Shown: positions 46,645-56,127 of the stretch, piece after piece
Layout of the letters: each line of letters begins with the position of its first letter
Position numbering within the stretch: the first letter of the stretch is position 1
Assembly: GCA_049418605.1 (NCBI GenBank)
Contig: JBMSJE010000003.1
Location: 2,590 to 66,589 of the forward strand
Reading direction: 5' to 3'
Length of the DNA: 64,000 nt
From: Sediminibacterium sp.
GTDB lineage: Bacteria > Bacteroidota > Bacteroidia > Chitinophagales > Chitinophagaceae
Made by a program: the position numbers and the translations under genes
Notes under the pieces: model-generated
What the model saw: only the letters and a program-made list of their open reading frames with translations
Database searches by the model: none
What the model was told of the DNA's origin: nothing

Positions 46645-47148
46645 CTATATGAGGCTTACATGTGAATGCGGAAATTCAACCACCATCACCTGACCTAAAC
46701 TTTGTAACCGAACGTATACCTTCTTTTTATCGCTAAAAGTGACCACACCTTCCCGGTCCATAAACACCCCGTAGTTAATTCTTATTTTGGTGTCTTCCCT
46801 AAACCCTTCATCAGAAATTAATTGCAATGTCGCTTCTTTTTCGCCGAGGTATTTTTGAATCATATCAATTTCCTCTTCTCTAATAACTGCGGGCTTACCT
46901 AAATAAAAAACGAAATTCAAAACACCATCGGTCATTTTAACTTTAGTTGTTTCACTATCATCGATATGAACAAATACATAGGACCGAAACAAGGGTTCTT
47001 CAATTAATTTTTTACGATCGGTCCACTGCTTTTCTATTTTTTGTAAAGGGCACCAACACACTACTCCTTTTTTCTTAAGCTGCGCATCAATTTTTTTTTC
47101 CCACCTTGGTTTGGTATATAAAGCATACCATTTCTTCTGTTTCTCCAT
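46645..47148 (-). CDS. UpxY-family (NusG/RfaH-like) transcription antiterminator
   Basis: WYALYTKPRWEKK N-terminus (NGN domain) and a KOW-like C-terminus. The ATG at 47148 is preferred over the TTG at 47160. Confidence 0.8.
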   Translation of the reverse strand: MEKQKKWYALYTKPRWEKKIDAQLKKKGVVCWCPLQKIEKQWTDRKKLIEEPLFRSYVFVHIDDSETTKVKMTDGVLNFVFYLGKPAVIREEEIDMIQKYLGEKEATLQLISDEGFREDTKIRINYGVFMDREGVVTFSDKKKVYVRLQSLGQVMVVEFPHSHVSLI

Positions 47149-47186
47149 ACTAAAATTCAAACTCAGTAATATATGTAATAGGTGGC

Positions 47187-49340
47187 TTATTTAAATACAA
47201 AACTAGATTTAGCTAGTATCATTTTATTCATCACTTTAACCGTCTCACTAATTGGCATATCAGAGGCCACTGCATTTAGCCAAGCTTTATAACGTTCCCC
47301 TTTATTTTTATCCGGGTTATTGAAAAACTTACTGCTATCAACATCCACAGGCTTTACCGATAAAGGCTTGGCAACTTTTAGTAGCGCGCTATTTTGTTCT
47401 ACTACTTTCTTAATTTTTGTTTGTAAAGCCTGGTATTTAGATAAACTTAATGGCGCAAACCCTTCTGAGGTACTTGCAATCCAAGACAAATTATTTTTGA
47501 GCGTTGTAAAATTAGCGTCTTTTTCTACCCTTTCTTTTTCAGAAGTAATAGCTGACTCATACACCGGACTCTGGCTCCATAAAAAATAAGGAGCGGTTGC
47601 TATTTTATGAAAAGGAAGCGCAGACTCATTGTCTTTTTCCCTAATTTTTAAGTACTCGTAACTATCAGGTAACACAATATCAGACTCTACACCACGAAGT
47701 TGAGTTGATGCGCCATTGACACGGTAAAACATTTGAAAAGTTAACTTGACAGCACCCATATCGGTACGGCCACTTGTGGGGTCGATGGGGTTACCAAAAG
47801 GAATACTTCTTTGGACTGTACCTTTACCATAGGTAGAGGAACTTCCAATAATTACGCCTCTTTTATAATCTTGAATGGCTGCGGCAAAAATTTCACTTGC
47901 AGAAGCACTAAATTCATTCACCATTACTGCTAATGGCCCATCGTATAAACTACCCGACTGACGATCACTTAAAATATTAGACTTGCCCTCCCTATCCCTA
48001 ACCTGCACCACAGGTCCTTGATTGATAAAGAGTCCAACCATTTGAACCACTTCGTACAATGATCCACCACCGTTATTGCGTAAGTCAATAACAATTCCTT
48101 TTACATTTTCAGCTTTAAACTTCACAATTTCTTTTGCAATATCTTCTGAACATCTGTTACCATCTTCTCTTTCATAATCGGCATAGAATTCAGGTAAATA
48201 AATGTATCCAATTTTATCAGTGCCTTCTGTTACAATCGCACTTCTTGCAAATGTTTCATCCAGTACAATTTCCTCTCTAATAAGTGTTACCACTTTTACC
48301 GTTCCATTTGTTTTTTTAATGGTTAAACGAACTTCTGTGCCTTTATTTCCTCGAATAATTTTTACGGCATCTTCTGTGGCATAACCAGCTACATCAACCG
48401 GTTCAGCACTTCCTTGTGCTACTTTTAAAATAACATCATTGGCATCAATTTCTCTTGATTTCCAAGCAGCCCCTCCCGGTTGTACTGACGCAATTTTTAT
48501 GCCATTTTCATCTTCTCCTAACTGCGCGCCAATCCCATAAAAACGGCCGCTCATACCTTCGTCAAAAGCACGTTTTTCGATAGGCGGAAAATAATCAGTG
48601 TGTGGATCCATCAAACCCGTGATTGCGTTAATAAAAGCCGTAAAACGCTGATCTTCATTAAACGTTTTTTGAATTCGATCAAAACGCTTATTGGTCGCTT
48701 TTAAAACCTGCTCTCTCGCCATTCTTTCGAGTGTAGAATCTGGCTTAGCTACGTAATCTTTTTTTTCTTTATTTTTTTCTCTTTGATCTAAATAATCTGC
48801 ATAACGTTCAAGTGCAGCATAGGTCAATTGCTTTCTCCAACGTTCTTTTCGGATTGCAGCAGAACTTGCAAATTCTTGTTTATCATTTTCTAAAAGCACC
48901 GAATCATTTGCGTTAAAATCAAATGGCGTTTTTAAAATTTCTTTATACAAAAGAATCGTTTCTTGTAAGCGCTTGGAATAAACAGCACTAACAGCGGGAA
49001 CAAATGCAATAGGCGCTCCTTTTATTTCATCATCTAAACTTGTTTCAAATTTTTTAAACCCATTGACATCAGATTGTAAAAACAAAGTTTTTTCAGGATC
49101 CAATGCCTTTAAATAAGCCGTGAAAACCTTTTTAGAAAAAGCATCATCAATAACCTTAGGACTATAATGTTGTGCTTCCAACAATGCACCAACGGTTGCC
49201 AATAATTTTTGACGTTGTGTTGGCTGAAGCTCGGGTGAACTGCTGCTTACTTTAAATGCAAAAAAAATAGCGCCGAATAAAACAATGCCCCCTAGAAGTA
49301 GTCCTTTTCTTGTTTTCATAAATGCTTTAAATTTTTCCAT
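47187..49340 (-). CDS. S41 family C-terminal processing (tail-specific) peptidase
   Basis: 717 aa. N-terminal TM/signal, PDZ, and S41 catalytic region (NEFSASASEIFA...GKGTVQ). Confidence 0.9.
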   Translation of the reverse strand: MEKFKAFMKTRKGLLLGGIVLFGAIFFAFKVSSSSPELQPTQRQKLLATVGALLEAQHYSPKVIDDAFSKKVFTAYLKALDPEKTLFLQSDVNGFKKFETSLDDEIKGAPIAFVPAVSAVYSKRLQETILLYKEILKTPFDFNANDSVLLENDKQEFASSAAIRKERWRKQLTYAALERYADYLDQREKNKEKKDYVAKPDSTLERMAREQVLKATNKRFDRIQKTFNEDQRFTAFINAITGLMDPHTDYFPPIEKRAFDEGMSGRFYGIGAQLGEDENGIKIASVQPGGAAWKSREIDANDVILKVAQGSAEPVDVAGYATEDAVKIIRGNKGTEVRLTIKKTNGTVKVVTLIREEIVLDETFARSAIVTEGTDKIGYIYLPEFYADYEREDGNRCSEDIAKEIVKFKAENVKGIVIDLRNNGGGSLYEVVQMVGLFINQGPVVQVRDREGKSNILSDRQSGSLYDGPLAVMVNEFSASASEIFAAAIQDYKRGVIIGSSSTYGKGTVQRSIPFGNPIDPTSGRTDMGAVKLTFQMFYRVNGASTQLRGVESDIVLPDSYEYLKIREKDNESALPFHKIATAPYFLWSQSPVYESAITSEKERVEKDANFTTLKNNLSWIASTSEGFAPLSLSKYQALQTKIKKVVEQNSALLKVAKPLSVKPVDVDSSKFFNNPDKNKGERYKAWLNAVASDMPISETVKVMNKMILAKSSFVFK

Positions 49341-49454
49341 GTTGGAAATCTGATAGGAATCAAAAATAGCTGAAAAGAAGCATCAAAAAACAGCATTTGA
49401 GCCAAATTAACAAAGGTTTTGATAAGTGGCAATCAAGAAAGTTCAAAATGAGAT

Positions 49455-49484
49455 TTTGTTAAATGCTCAATTACCTTATTTTTG
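49455..49484 (+). promoter_or_regulatory. Bacteroidetes-type promoter for tRNA-His
   Basis: TTTG (49455-49458), 18-nt spacer, TATTTTTG (49477-49484). The box ends 14 nt before the tRNA 5' end. Confidence 0.5.
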
Positions 49485-49498
49485 CACTCCTTAAAGAC

Positions 49499-49573
49499 GG
49501 AGAGCGTAGCTCAGTAGGTTAGAGCGTCAGTTTGTGGCACTGAAGGCCGTGGGTTCGAGACCCATCGTTCTCC
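49499..49573 (+). tRNA. tRNA-His (anticodon GTG) with genomically encoded G-1
   Basis: Hand-folded cloverleaf. Acceptor GAGAGCG/CGTTCTC (one G-T), D arm GCTC/GAGC, anticodon stem TCAGT/ACTGA with loop TTGTGGC (GTG at 49534-49536), T arm GTGGG-TTCGAGA-CCCAT. The extra 5' G (49499) pairs with discriminator C (49573). CCA is not fully encoded. Confidence 0.95.
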
Positions 49574-49583
49574 CATCTTATTT

Positions 49584-49617
49584 AAAACCTATAAGTATTT
49601 GCTTATAGGTTTTTTTA
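49584..49617 (+). terminator. Rho-independent terminator after tRNA-His
   Basis: AAAACCTATAAG (49584-49595), loop TATTTG, CTTATAGGTTTT (49602-49613), then a continuing T tract. Confidence 0.85.
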
Positions 49618-49630
49618 AATCACCAACACT

Positions 49631-50236
49631 ATGTCTTTACTTATTCTAGCAATTCCTTTGATATCAGCATTTATAGGCTGGTTTACCAATTGGATAGCCA
49701 TCAAAATGTTATTTCATCCAAGGCTTCCTGTAAAAATATTGGGCATCACTTTTCAAGGAATATTCCCAAAAAGGCAGCGTCAATTTGCCGAAAAATTGGG
49801 TAAACTAGTAAGTGAAGAGCTACTATCCTTTAAAGATATTGAGTCAAAAATCACCGATGGGAGCAACTTACAACAGGTAATGCCCCTCGTAGAAACGCAT
49901 ATTGACAACTTTTTACGCAATAAATTGGCCGCAGAAATGCCAATTATAAGCATGTTTATTGGCGATAAAACCATTGAACAGCTTAAATCAGTGTTTATGA
50001 AGGAGTTAGAAAGCTTATTTCCAGTACTCATGACAAGTTATATGGATAAATTGAAACATGAGCTTGATTTAGAAGCTATTGTAACTGAAAAAGTAAGCAA
50101 TTTTAGCTCCGACAAACTAGAGGAAATCCTTCAATCCATCATGTCAAAAGAATTCAAATTCATTGAAATTATAGGAGCGGTATTAGGGTTTCTAATCGGG
50201 ATCATTCAGGTGTTAATTACCTCTATTGGCGGCTAA
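49631..50236 (+). CDS. DUF445-like membrane protein
   Basis: 201 aa. N-terminal GWFTNWIAIKMLFHPR motif and a C-terminal TM helix. Confidence 0.7.
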   Translation: MSLLILAIPLISAFIGWFTNWIAIKMLFHPRLPVKILGITFQGIFPKRQRQFAEKLGKLVSEELLSFKDIESKITDGSNLQQVMPLVETHIDNFLRNKLAAEMPIISMFIGDKTIEQLKSVFMKELESLFPVLMTSYMDKLKHELDLEAIVTEKVSNFSSDKLEEILQSIMSKEFKFIEIIGAVLGFLIGIIQVLITSIGG

Positions 50237-50392
50237 TCTCCATTATTTTGCCGTTTACCGATAAAAAACAGCTGTTTTTAGCCATTTTGAAAACTTTACC
50301 CCCAAAAAATTGTCATATTACCGCTTGTCCATTGGTAATGTTGAATTCAATTAATTGATGGACCTTTGCATAAATAATTATAAATAAATAAG

Positions 50393-53068
50393 ATGCGTAA
50401 AATAATAGTAATAATTACATTATTCGTTGGATTTTGCTTGAACAGCCTTCAAGCGCAATATCCTGGTGCCCGAACAGGTGCTATGCCAAGTGGTGCCCAA
50501 ACAAATATTGGACATTTTTACGGTAAAATCGTAGACAGTAAGACAAACAAGGCCCTAGATGCCATGACGGTTCAATTAACAGGCAATAAATTTGATACTG
50601 TAACTAAAAAGATGAAAGAAGTGGTGTTAAACACCCAAATCACCAAGGCAAATGGAGATTTTAGTTTCGAAAACCTCTCTTTATTTGGCAACTACAAATT
50701 AAAGGTTTCTGGCCTAGGCTTTAAAACACTCGATCAAACCATCAGTTTTGGTATTAAAATGCCTCAGCCAGGTGCAGCGCCGAATATGCAGCAAATGTTA
50801 AGCATGGCCGATAAAGATTTAGGCAATATCAAAATCACTGCTGACGCAACAGATCTTGGTAACGTAACAGTTACATCATCAAGTAAGCCCCAATTTGAAA
50901 TGGGTATTGACCGTAAAATATTCAATGTCGACAAAAATTTAGTGAGCACAGGACAGTCTGCAACAGAAATCATGAAAAACATTCCTTCTGTAAACGTGGA
51001 TATCGATGGTAACGTAACGTTAAGAAATGCTGCTCCTACTATTTTTGTGGATGGCAGACCAACCACCTTAACACTGGATCAAATTCCCTCTGATATCATT
51101 GATCGGGTGGAATTAATCACCAACCCATCTGCTAAATTTGATGCATCAGGTGGAAATGGTGGTATCATAAATATCGTATTAAAAAAGAATAAAAAAGTAG
51201 GCTATAATGGTGGATTAAGAACAGGTATTGATTCTCGTGCTAAAGTAAATTTAGGTGCAGACATTAATATTAGACAAGGTAAAATCAACGCATTTTTATC
51301 TGCGAATTTAAACCAGTTTAAATCCATCAGTAATAGTTCAACTATTAGAGACAACTTCTTTGCTACACCAAGTGCAATAAGCAATACTGCAAAATCAATA
51401 AATGATGGTGGATTTAGTTTTATGAGAGGTGGCCTCGATTATTTTATTGACAATAGAAACACGTTGTCATTTGCTGGCAATTACAACACAGGAAATTTTG
51501 ATGCTGAAAATAACCAAAAAGCAGATTCTACCATTAAAGGTGTTTATACTTCTTACAATCAAATCCTAAGTGGAAATGCTTCAACCTCTAATAGTTTTGG
51601 TGGCCAGATGAGTTTTAAACACAACTATGCTAAAAATGGCGAAAGCTTATCTGCGGATGTAAACTACAATGAAAGAAACAGCAACAACTCATCTAACGTT
51701 AATACACAAACCTACTTCATCAATAATACGCTAAAAGGATTTCCTTTACTACAACAAACTATTGGTTCCGGTAATTCTAGTAACATGACTGGTCAATTGG
51801 ATTACGAAAATCCTATCACCGATGATAGCAAACTTGAAATGGGTTTAAGAGGTACTGTTCGCTTAAACGAATCAGTATCCAATCAATTTAGATACAATCC
51901 AGTGACAGCAAAATATGACATGATATCTAGGATTAGTAATAGTTTCAAGTCCAATGATCAAGTCTATGCTGCATATGCAACCTATACATTCAGGATTAAA
52001 AAAATTAGCTATCAACTAGGACTTCGTGCAGAGAGTTCAAATTATACTGGAACACTTTTGACAGCTGCCGGAAAAGACTCAGCAAGCTTTAAAGTACAGT
52101 ACCCATTAAGCTTAATCCCAACAGCATTTTTAACATACAAACTTTCTGAAAAAGAAGATTTGCAGTTCAACTATGCAAGACGTATTAATAGACCAAACTT
52201 CTGGCAATTAATTCCTTATCCAGACTTTTCTGACCCTCAAAATATCAGCGTTGGTGACCCAGGCATTAGACCAGAATTTACCAACTCATTTGAGTTTTCG
52301 TATAACAATGCGTACAAAAAAGGAGCTAACTTTTTAGTAACTGCTTTTTTCAAATACAGTACTGACCTTATTACAAGATATGTGTACACTGGTAAAAATG
52401 AATTGAATCCACTAGACACCATGCCAGTGTATTACAGTTCTTATATCAATGCAGATAACAGTATTATTTATGGCTTAGAATTAAGCAATAAAATGCCTGT
52501 AACAAAATGGTGGGACTTAACATTGAGCGGTAATTTATTTAGCTCTCAAATTAATGCAACCATTCCAGGTCAAAACATTAGCAACGATGCAAGGGTTAGC
52601 TGGTTTGCTAAAATGAACAGTAGCTTTAAATTAAACAAAACACTTTCCATTCAATTGAGTGGTGACTATCAAGCTAAAACCATTCTTTCTCCAAACGTTG
52701 GAGGTGGTGGTGGCCGTGGCGGCGGAGGTGGTGGCTGGGGTGGCATGTTTGGCGGTGGTGCTCAAACATCAGCTCAAGGTTTTAATATGCCGCGTTATGG
52801 CCTAGATTTAGCTATTAGAAAAGAGTGGACTTGGAAAAATGGTAAGAGCGGTTCTTTAACCCTTAGCATGAACGATTTTTTAAGAACTCAATTATTTAAA
52901 TCATATTCAGAGAGTAACTTCTTTACGCAAACAAGTGAACGTAGAAGAGACCCACAAGTATTAAGGGTGAATTTCAATTACCGTTTTGGTAAATTTGATG
53001 CTGCACTCTTCAAACGTAAAAATACAAAAGCAGATCAGAGTGGTGGCGGTATGGATATGATGCAATAA
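50393..53068 (+). CDS. outer-membrane beta-barrel protein (TonB-dependent-receptor-like, carboxypeptidase-regulatory N-domain)
   Basis: 891 aa. Signal peptide, CarbopepD_reg-like domain (GKIVDSKTNKALDAMTVQL), plug-like region (VDRVELITNPSAKFDASG), long alternating-strand C-terminus. Paralog of the gene at 58707-61145. Confidence 0.85.
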   Translation: MRKIIVIITLFVGFCLNSLQAQYPGARTGAMPSGAQTNIGHFYGKIVDSKTNKALDAMTVQLTGNKFDTVTKKMKEVVLNTQITKANGDFSFENLSLFGNYKLKVSGLGFKTLDQTISFGIKMPQPGAAPNMQQMLSMADKDLGNIKITADATDLGNVTVTSSSKPQFEMGIDRKIFNVDKNLVSTGQSATEIMKNIPSVNVDIDGNVTLRNAAPTIFVDGRPTTLTLDQIPSDIIDRVELITNPSAKFDASGGNGGIINIVLKKNKKVGYNGGLRTGIDSRAKVNLGADINIRQGKINAFLSANLNQFKSISNSSTIRDNFFATPSAISNTAKSINDGGFSFMRGGLDYFIDNRNTLSFAGNYNTGNFDAENNQKADSTIKGVYTSYNQILSGNASTSNSFGGQMSFKHNYAKNGESLSADVNYNERNSNNSSNVNTQTYFINNTLKGFPLLQQTIGSGNSSNMTGQLDYENPITDDSKLEMGLRGTVRLNESVSNQFRYNPVTAKYDMISRISNSFKSNDQVYAAYATYTFRIKKISYQLGLRAESSNYTGTLLTAAGKDSASFKVQYPLSLIPTAFLTYKLSEKEDLQFNYARRINRPNFWQLIPYPDFSDPQNISVGDPGIRPEFTNSFEFSYNNAYKKGANFLVTAFFKYSTDLITRYVYTGKNELNPLDTMPVYYSSYINADNSIIYGLELSNKMPVTKWWDLTLSGNLFSSQINATIPGQNISNDARVSWFAKMNSSFKLNKTLSIQLSGDYQAKTILSPNVGGGGGRGGGGGGWGGMFGGGAQTSAQGFNMPRYGLDLAIRKEWTWKNGKSGSLTLSMNDFLRTQLFKSYSESNFFTQTSERRRDPQVLRVNFNYRFGKFDAALFKRKNTKADQSGGGMDMMQ

Positions 53069-53079
53069 AAAATATTATA

Positions 53080-53116
53080 TTCCGATGTTAGCGGTTCTTA
53101 CCCGTTAACATCGGAA
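53080..53116. terminator. long hairpin between convergent genes, overlapping the pcm 3' end
   Basis: TTCCGATGTTAGCGG (53080-53094), loop TTCTTAC, CCGTTAACATCGGAA (53102-53116), giving 15 bp with one mismatch. There is only a weak or offset U-run on either strand. Confidence 0.5.
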
Positions 53117-53753
53117 CAAAAGAAAATATATCAAAAGACTCCTCGGTAATTTCACCGTTTATGTCTTTACTAATTCGGATCATTCTTTGTTGGTCCCCTT
53201 CACCCTCATTTACAGGCAACACCATTATGCCACCAGGCTTTAATTGTTCTACCAATTTAGGCGGAATAAAGGGCGCCGCAGCTGTAATGATAATTTTATC
53301 AAAGGGCGCATAGGTAGGAAGACCTTCAAAACCATCCCCATAAAAAAATTTTATTGTTGGGTACTTGGCTTTAAAAACATAGTCTTTATGTAAATCAAAT
53401 AATTTTTTTTGACGCTCTATGGTGTAAACACGTGCCCCCATTTCTGCTAAAATAGTTGCTTGATATACACTACCCGTTCCAATCTCTAATACTTTGTCTG
53501 ACCTGTTAATTTGAAGCAACTGCGTTTGATAGGCTACCGTATGCGGATGAGAAATGGTTTGACCCTCGCCTATGGGAAAAGCTCTGTCCTCGTATGCATG
53601 TGTTAAAAATGCCGAATCTAAAAAATAATGCCTAGGCACTGTATTGATAGCGGTTAATACCGATTCGTCGGTGATTCCTTTTTGGCGAAGGAGATCCACC
53701 ATTTGTTTCCGAAGTCCTTTATGAACGTGTTTGTCTTCTAATTTTTGCTCCAT
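53088..53753 (-). CDS. pcm: protein-L-isoaspartate O-methyltransferase
   Basis: 221 aa. SAM motif VLEIGTGSVYQA and the ISHPH motif region. Confidence 0.95.
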   Translation of the reverse strand: MEQKLEDKHVHKGLRKQMVDLLRQKGITDESVLTAINTVPRHYFLDSAFLTHAYEDRAFPIGEGQTISHPHTVAYQTQLLQINRSDKVLEIGTGSVYQATILAEMGARVYTIERQKKLFDLHKDYVFKAKYPTIKFFYGDGFEGLPTYAPFDKIIITAAAPFIPPKLVEQLKPGGIMVLPVNEGEGDQQRMIRISKDINGEITEESFDIFSFVPMLTGKNR

Positions 53754-53761
53754 GATTCACC

Positions 53762-55480
53762 CTATGCCAAAGACATGTCTTTTATAATTCGTTGAATTTT
53801 CTGATCTAACCCTGCAAAAGTATTGTCATACGCTTCTTTAGATGCGAGTGTAGTATGCACACTAAAATAGAATTTTATTTTAGGCTCTGTGCCTGATGGC
53901 CTTGCAGAAATTTTACTTCCATCGGCGGTAATAAATTGAAGCACATTACTTTTTGGTAATTGTAGCTTCCAGGTTTCGCCGCTCACTAAATTTTTACCGG
54001 TTTGCATGTCGTAATCCAACATCTCTATTACTGTTGACCCGTCAATGGCCTGAGGAGGACTGTTACGGTAACCTTCCATCATGGCAGCAATTTCTTTTTG
54101 ACCATTTATGCCCTTTTTGGTAATACTAATGAGCCGCTCGTAATAAAAACCATACTGCATGTATAGCTCTATCATTTTATCAAACAAACTTTTACCTTTC
54201 GCTTTTTCATACGCCGCCATCTCACAAAGTAAAGCAACGGCGCTCACTGCATCCTTATCTCTAATCTCATTTCCAATCATGAGACCAAAACTTTCTTCAC
54301 CACCAATAACGTAGTTTTCGTTGGCTTCTTTTTCTTTGATGAGTTCTGCAATCCATTTAAATCCAGTAAGCACATTGTAACATGCTACCCCATTTTGTTT
54401 AGCTACTTCATTGATCATAGCGGTTGTTACAATGGTTGAAATAACCATATCGTTTGGCTTTGAAATACCCTTTGCCTTTCGTGCTTCAATAAGGTATGCA
54501 AAAGCTAATACAGCCGTTTGGTTACCATTCATGAGTACCCACTCGCCTTTATGGTTTTTTACACCAATACCAACCCTATCGGCGTCTGGGTCTGTACCTA
54601 ATAAAATATCAGCACCTAACTCTTTTGCTTTTGCTAGTCCCATCGCCATGGTTTCACTTTCTTCGGGATTAGGATATCCCACCGTGGGAAAATTACCATC
54701 GGGTGTTGCCTGTGCTTCTACAATATGCACATTGGTAAAACCAAAACGAGACAATACTTCTGGCACTAATGTTATTCCAGTACCATGTATAGGTGTATAC
54801 ACAATAGATAAATCATGCTGGGCTTGAATCACTTCGGGATAAACGCTCAAGCTTTTAACCATGTTAATGTAAGCCTCATCCATAGTAGGTCCTATCAGCG
54901 TAATATTAGCTTCGCCACCCGTCCAATTCACTTCATCAACGCTTGTTATGGCTTCTACTTCCTTAATAACATTTTTATCGTGCGGAGGCACGAGTTGTCC
55001 GCCATCATTCCAATAGGCTTTATAGCCGTTGTATTCTTTGGGGTTATGTGAAGCCGTGCAAACCACACCTGCCTTACAACCAAGCTGCCTAATGGCATAG
55101 CTTAATTCGGGCGTAGGTCTTAACGCCTCAAACAAATAAACTTGTATGCCATTAGCTGCAAATACGCCTGCCGTAGTTTCGGCAAAAAACCTGCTATTAT
55201 TTCGTGAGTCATGGCCAATGACTACCGACATGGGTTCATTACCATATGTTTTTTTGAGATAATTCGCAAAACCCTGCGTAGCCATACCCACTGTATATTT
55301 ATTCATGCGGTTGGTACCTACACCCATAATACCACGTAAGCCACCAGTACCAAATTCGAGGTTCCTATAAAAAGAATCAGCTAATTCATCTGGCTGCAAA
55401 TTAATAATTGCATCTTTAGTTCCCTGATCGTAATTACCAGAAAGCCATACCGAAACTTTGTCTTGAATAGAATGATCCAT
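53762..55480 (-). CDS. phosphoglucomutase / phosphomannomutase family phospho-sugar mutase
   Basis: 572 aa. Active-site TASHNPKEYNGYK, Mg loop GTDPDADR and sugar loop GGEESFG. Confidence 0.9.
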   Translation of the reverse strand: MDHSIQDKVSVWLSGNYDQGTKDAIINLQPDELADSFYRNLEFGTGGLRGIMGVGTNRMNKYTVGMATQGFANYLKKTYGNEPMSVVIGHDSRNNSRFFAETTAGVFAANGIQVYLFEALRPTPELSYAIRQLGCKAGVVCTASHNPKEYNGYKAYWNDGGQLVPPHDKNVIKEVEAITSVDEVNWTGGEANITLIGPTMDEAYINMVKSLSVYPEVIQAQHDLSIVYTPIHGTGITLVPEVLSRFGFTNVHIVEAQATPDGNFPTVGYPNPEESETMAMGLAKAKELGADILLGTDPDADRVGIGVKNHKGEWVLMNGNQTAVLAFAYLIEARKAKGISKPNDMVISTIVTTAMINEVAKQNGVACYNVLTGFKWIAELIKEKEANENYVIGGEESFGLMIGNEIRDKDAVSAVALLCEMAAYEKAKGKSLFDKMIELYMQYGFYYERLISITKKGINGQKEIAAMMEGYRNSPPQAIDGSTVIEMLDYDMQTGKNLVSGETWKLQLPKSNVLQFITADGSKISARPSGTEPKIKFYFSVHTTLASKEAYDNTFAGLDQKIQRIIKDMSLA

Positions 55481-55516
55481 AAAATAGTATTGAATAGACT
55501 ACAAAAATAGTAAAAA

Positions 55517-56026
55517 TTAAGCCTTGGTTTCTACGCAAACACCGTCGATTTCAGTACCGGTAACCAGCACCCGAATATGGTCTTGTAAAGAAGTGGAAAT
55601 AGACAAACCAACATAATCAGGTTTCACGGGATAGAGGCGGTACATTCTTTCAACGAGCACTAAGGTTTGAATACTTACTGGATAAAAATCTAGTAAAGGT
55701 TTAATGGCATATAAAAGCGTTTTACCACTATTAGAAACATCGTCCACTAAAACGATATGTGCTCCTGTAAAATTAGCGGGTGCACTATACGTAATTGTTG
55801 AAGGCATTTCTTTGTCTAATGATGCTTCCAAAATAGTAATACTACACTGAACATAGGGGGTCAATAACGCTGCAATTTTATGGGCGATTACCACCCCATT
55901 GTTTCTGATACCAATAAGTATTAAAGACTTTGTTGCAGGCGCTATATTTTCAGCCAATTCAAGTGCCATACGGTGCATTTTTTGCTGTGCCGCAGCGGCA
56001 GAAAGAATAGAATTGTTGGTTTCCAT
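55517..56026 (-). CDS. phosphoribosyltransferase family protein (PyrR-like architecture)
   Basis: PRPP-binding loop IVLVDDVSNSGKT. The ATG at 56026 is preferred over the upstream ORF-track start. Confidence 0.7.
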   Translation of the reverse strand: METNNSILSAAAAQQKMHRMALELAENIAPATKSLILIGIRNNGVVIAHKIAALLTPYVQCSITILEASLDKEMPSTITYSAPANFTGAHIVLVDDVSNSGKTLLYAIKPLLDFYPVSIQTLVLVERMYRLYPVKPDYVGLSISTSLQDHIRVLVTGTEIDGVCVETKA

Positions 56027-56127
56027 AAACACAAGATTTAGTATCAAATGTAACAAGAATATTTGCACAATACGAACTGAATCACAACTAAATAAAACAA
56101 CTTATCTTAGCAGTCTAATTGTGCACC

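Noticed and set aside
49341-49630. tRNA-His as an integration hotspot for a genomic island.
   Set aside because: There is no integrase, no direct repeat of the tRNA 3' end, and no compositional shift nearby. The flanking genes are ordinary housekeeping genes.
50237-50392. Possible riboswitch or regulator site upstream of the outer-membrane barrel gene, including the ATTACC...GGTAAT inverted repeat.
   Set aside because: I could recognise no conserved riboswitch core (for example a B12 box or a TPP motif). The 6-bp inverted repeat is too short to interpret without comparative data.
54411-55051. 138-aa and 78-aa plus-strand ORFs antisense to the phospho-sugar mutase gene.
   Set aside because: They are nested antisense to a gene with clear catalytic motifs. 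The translation has no recognisable features.
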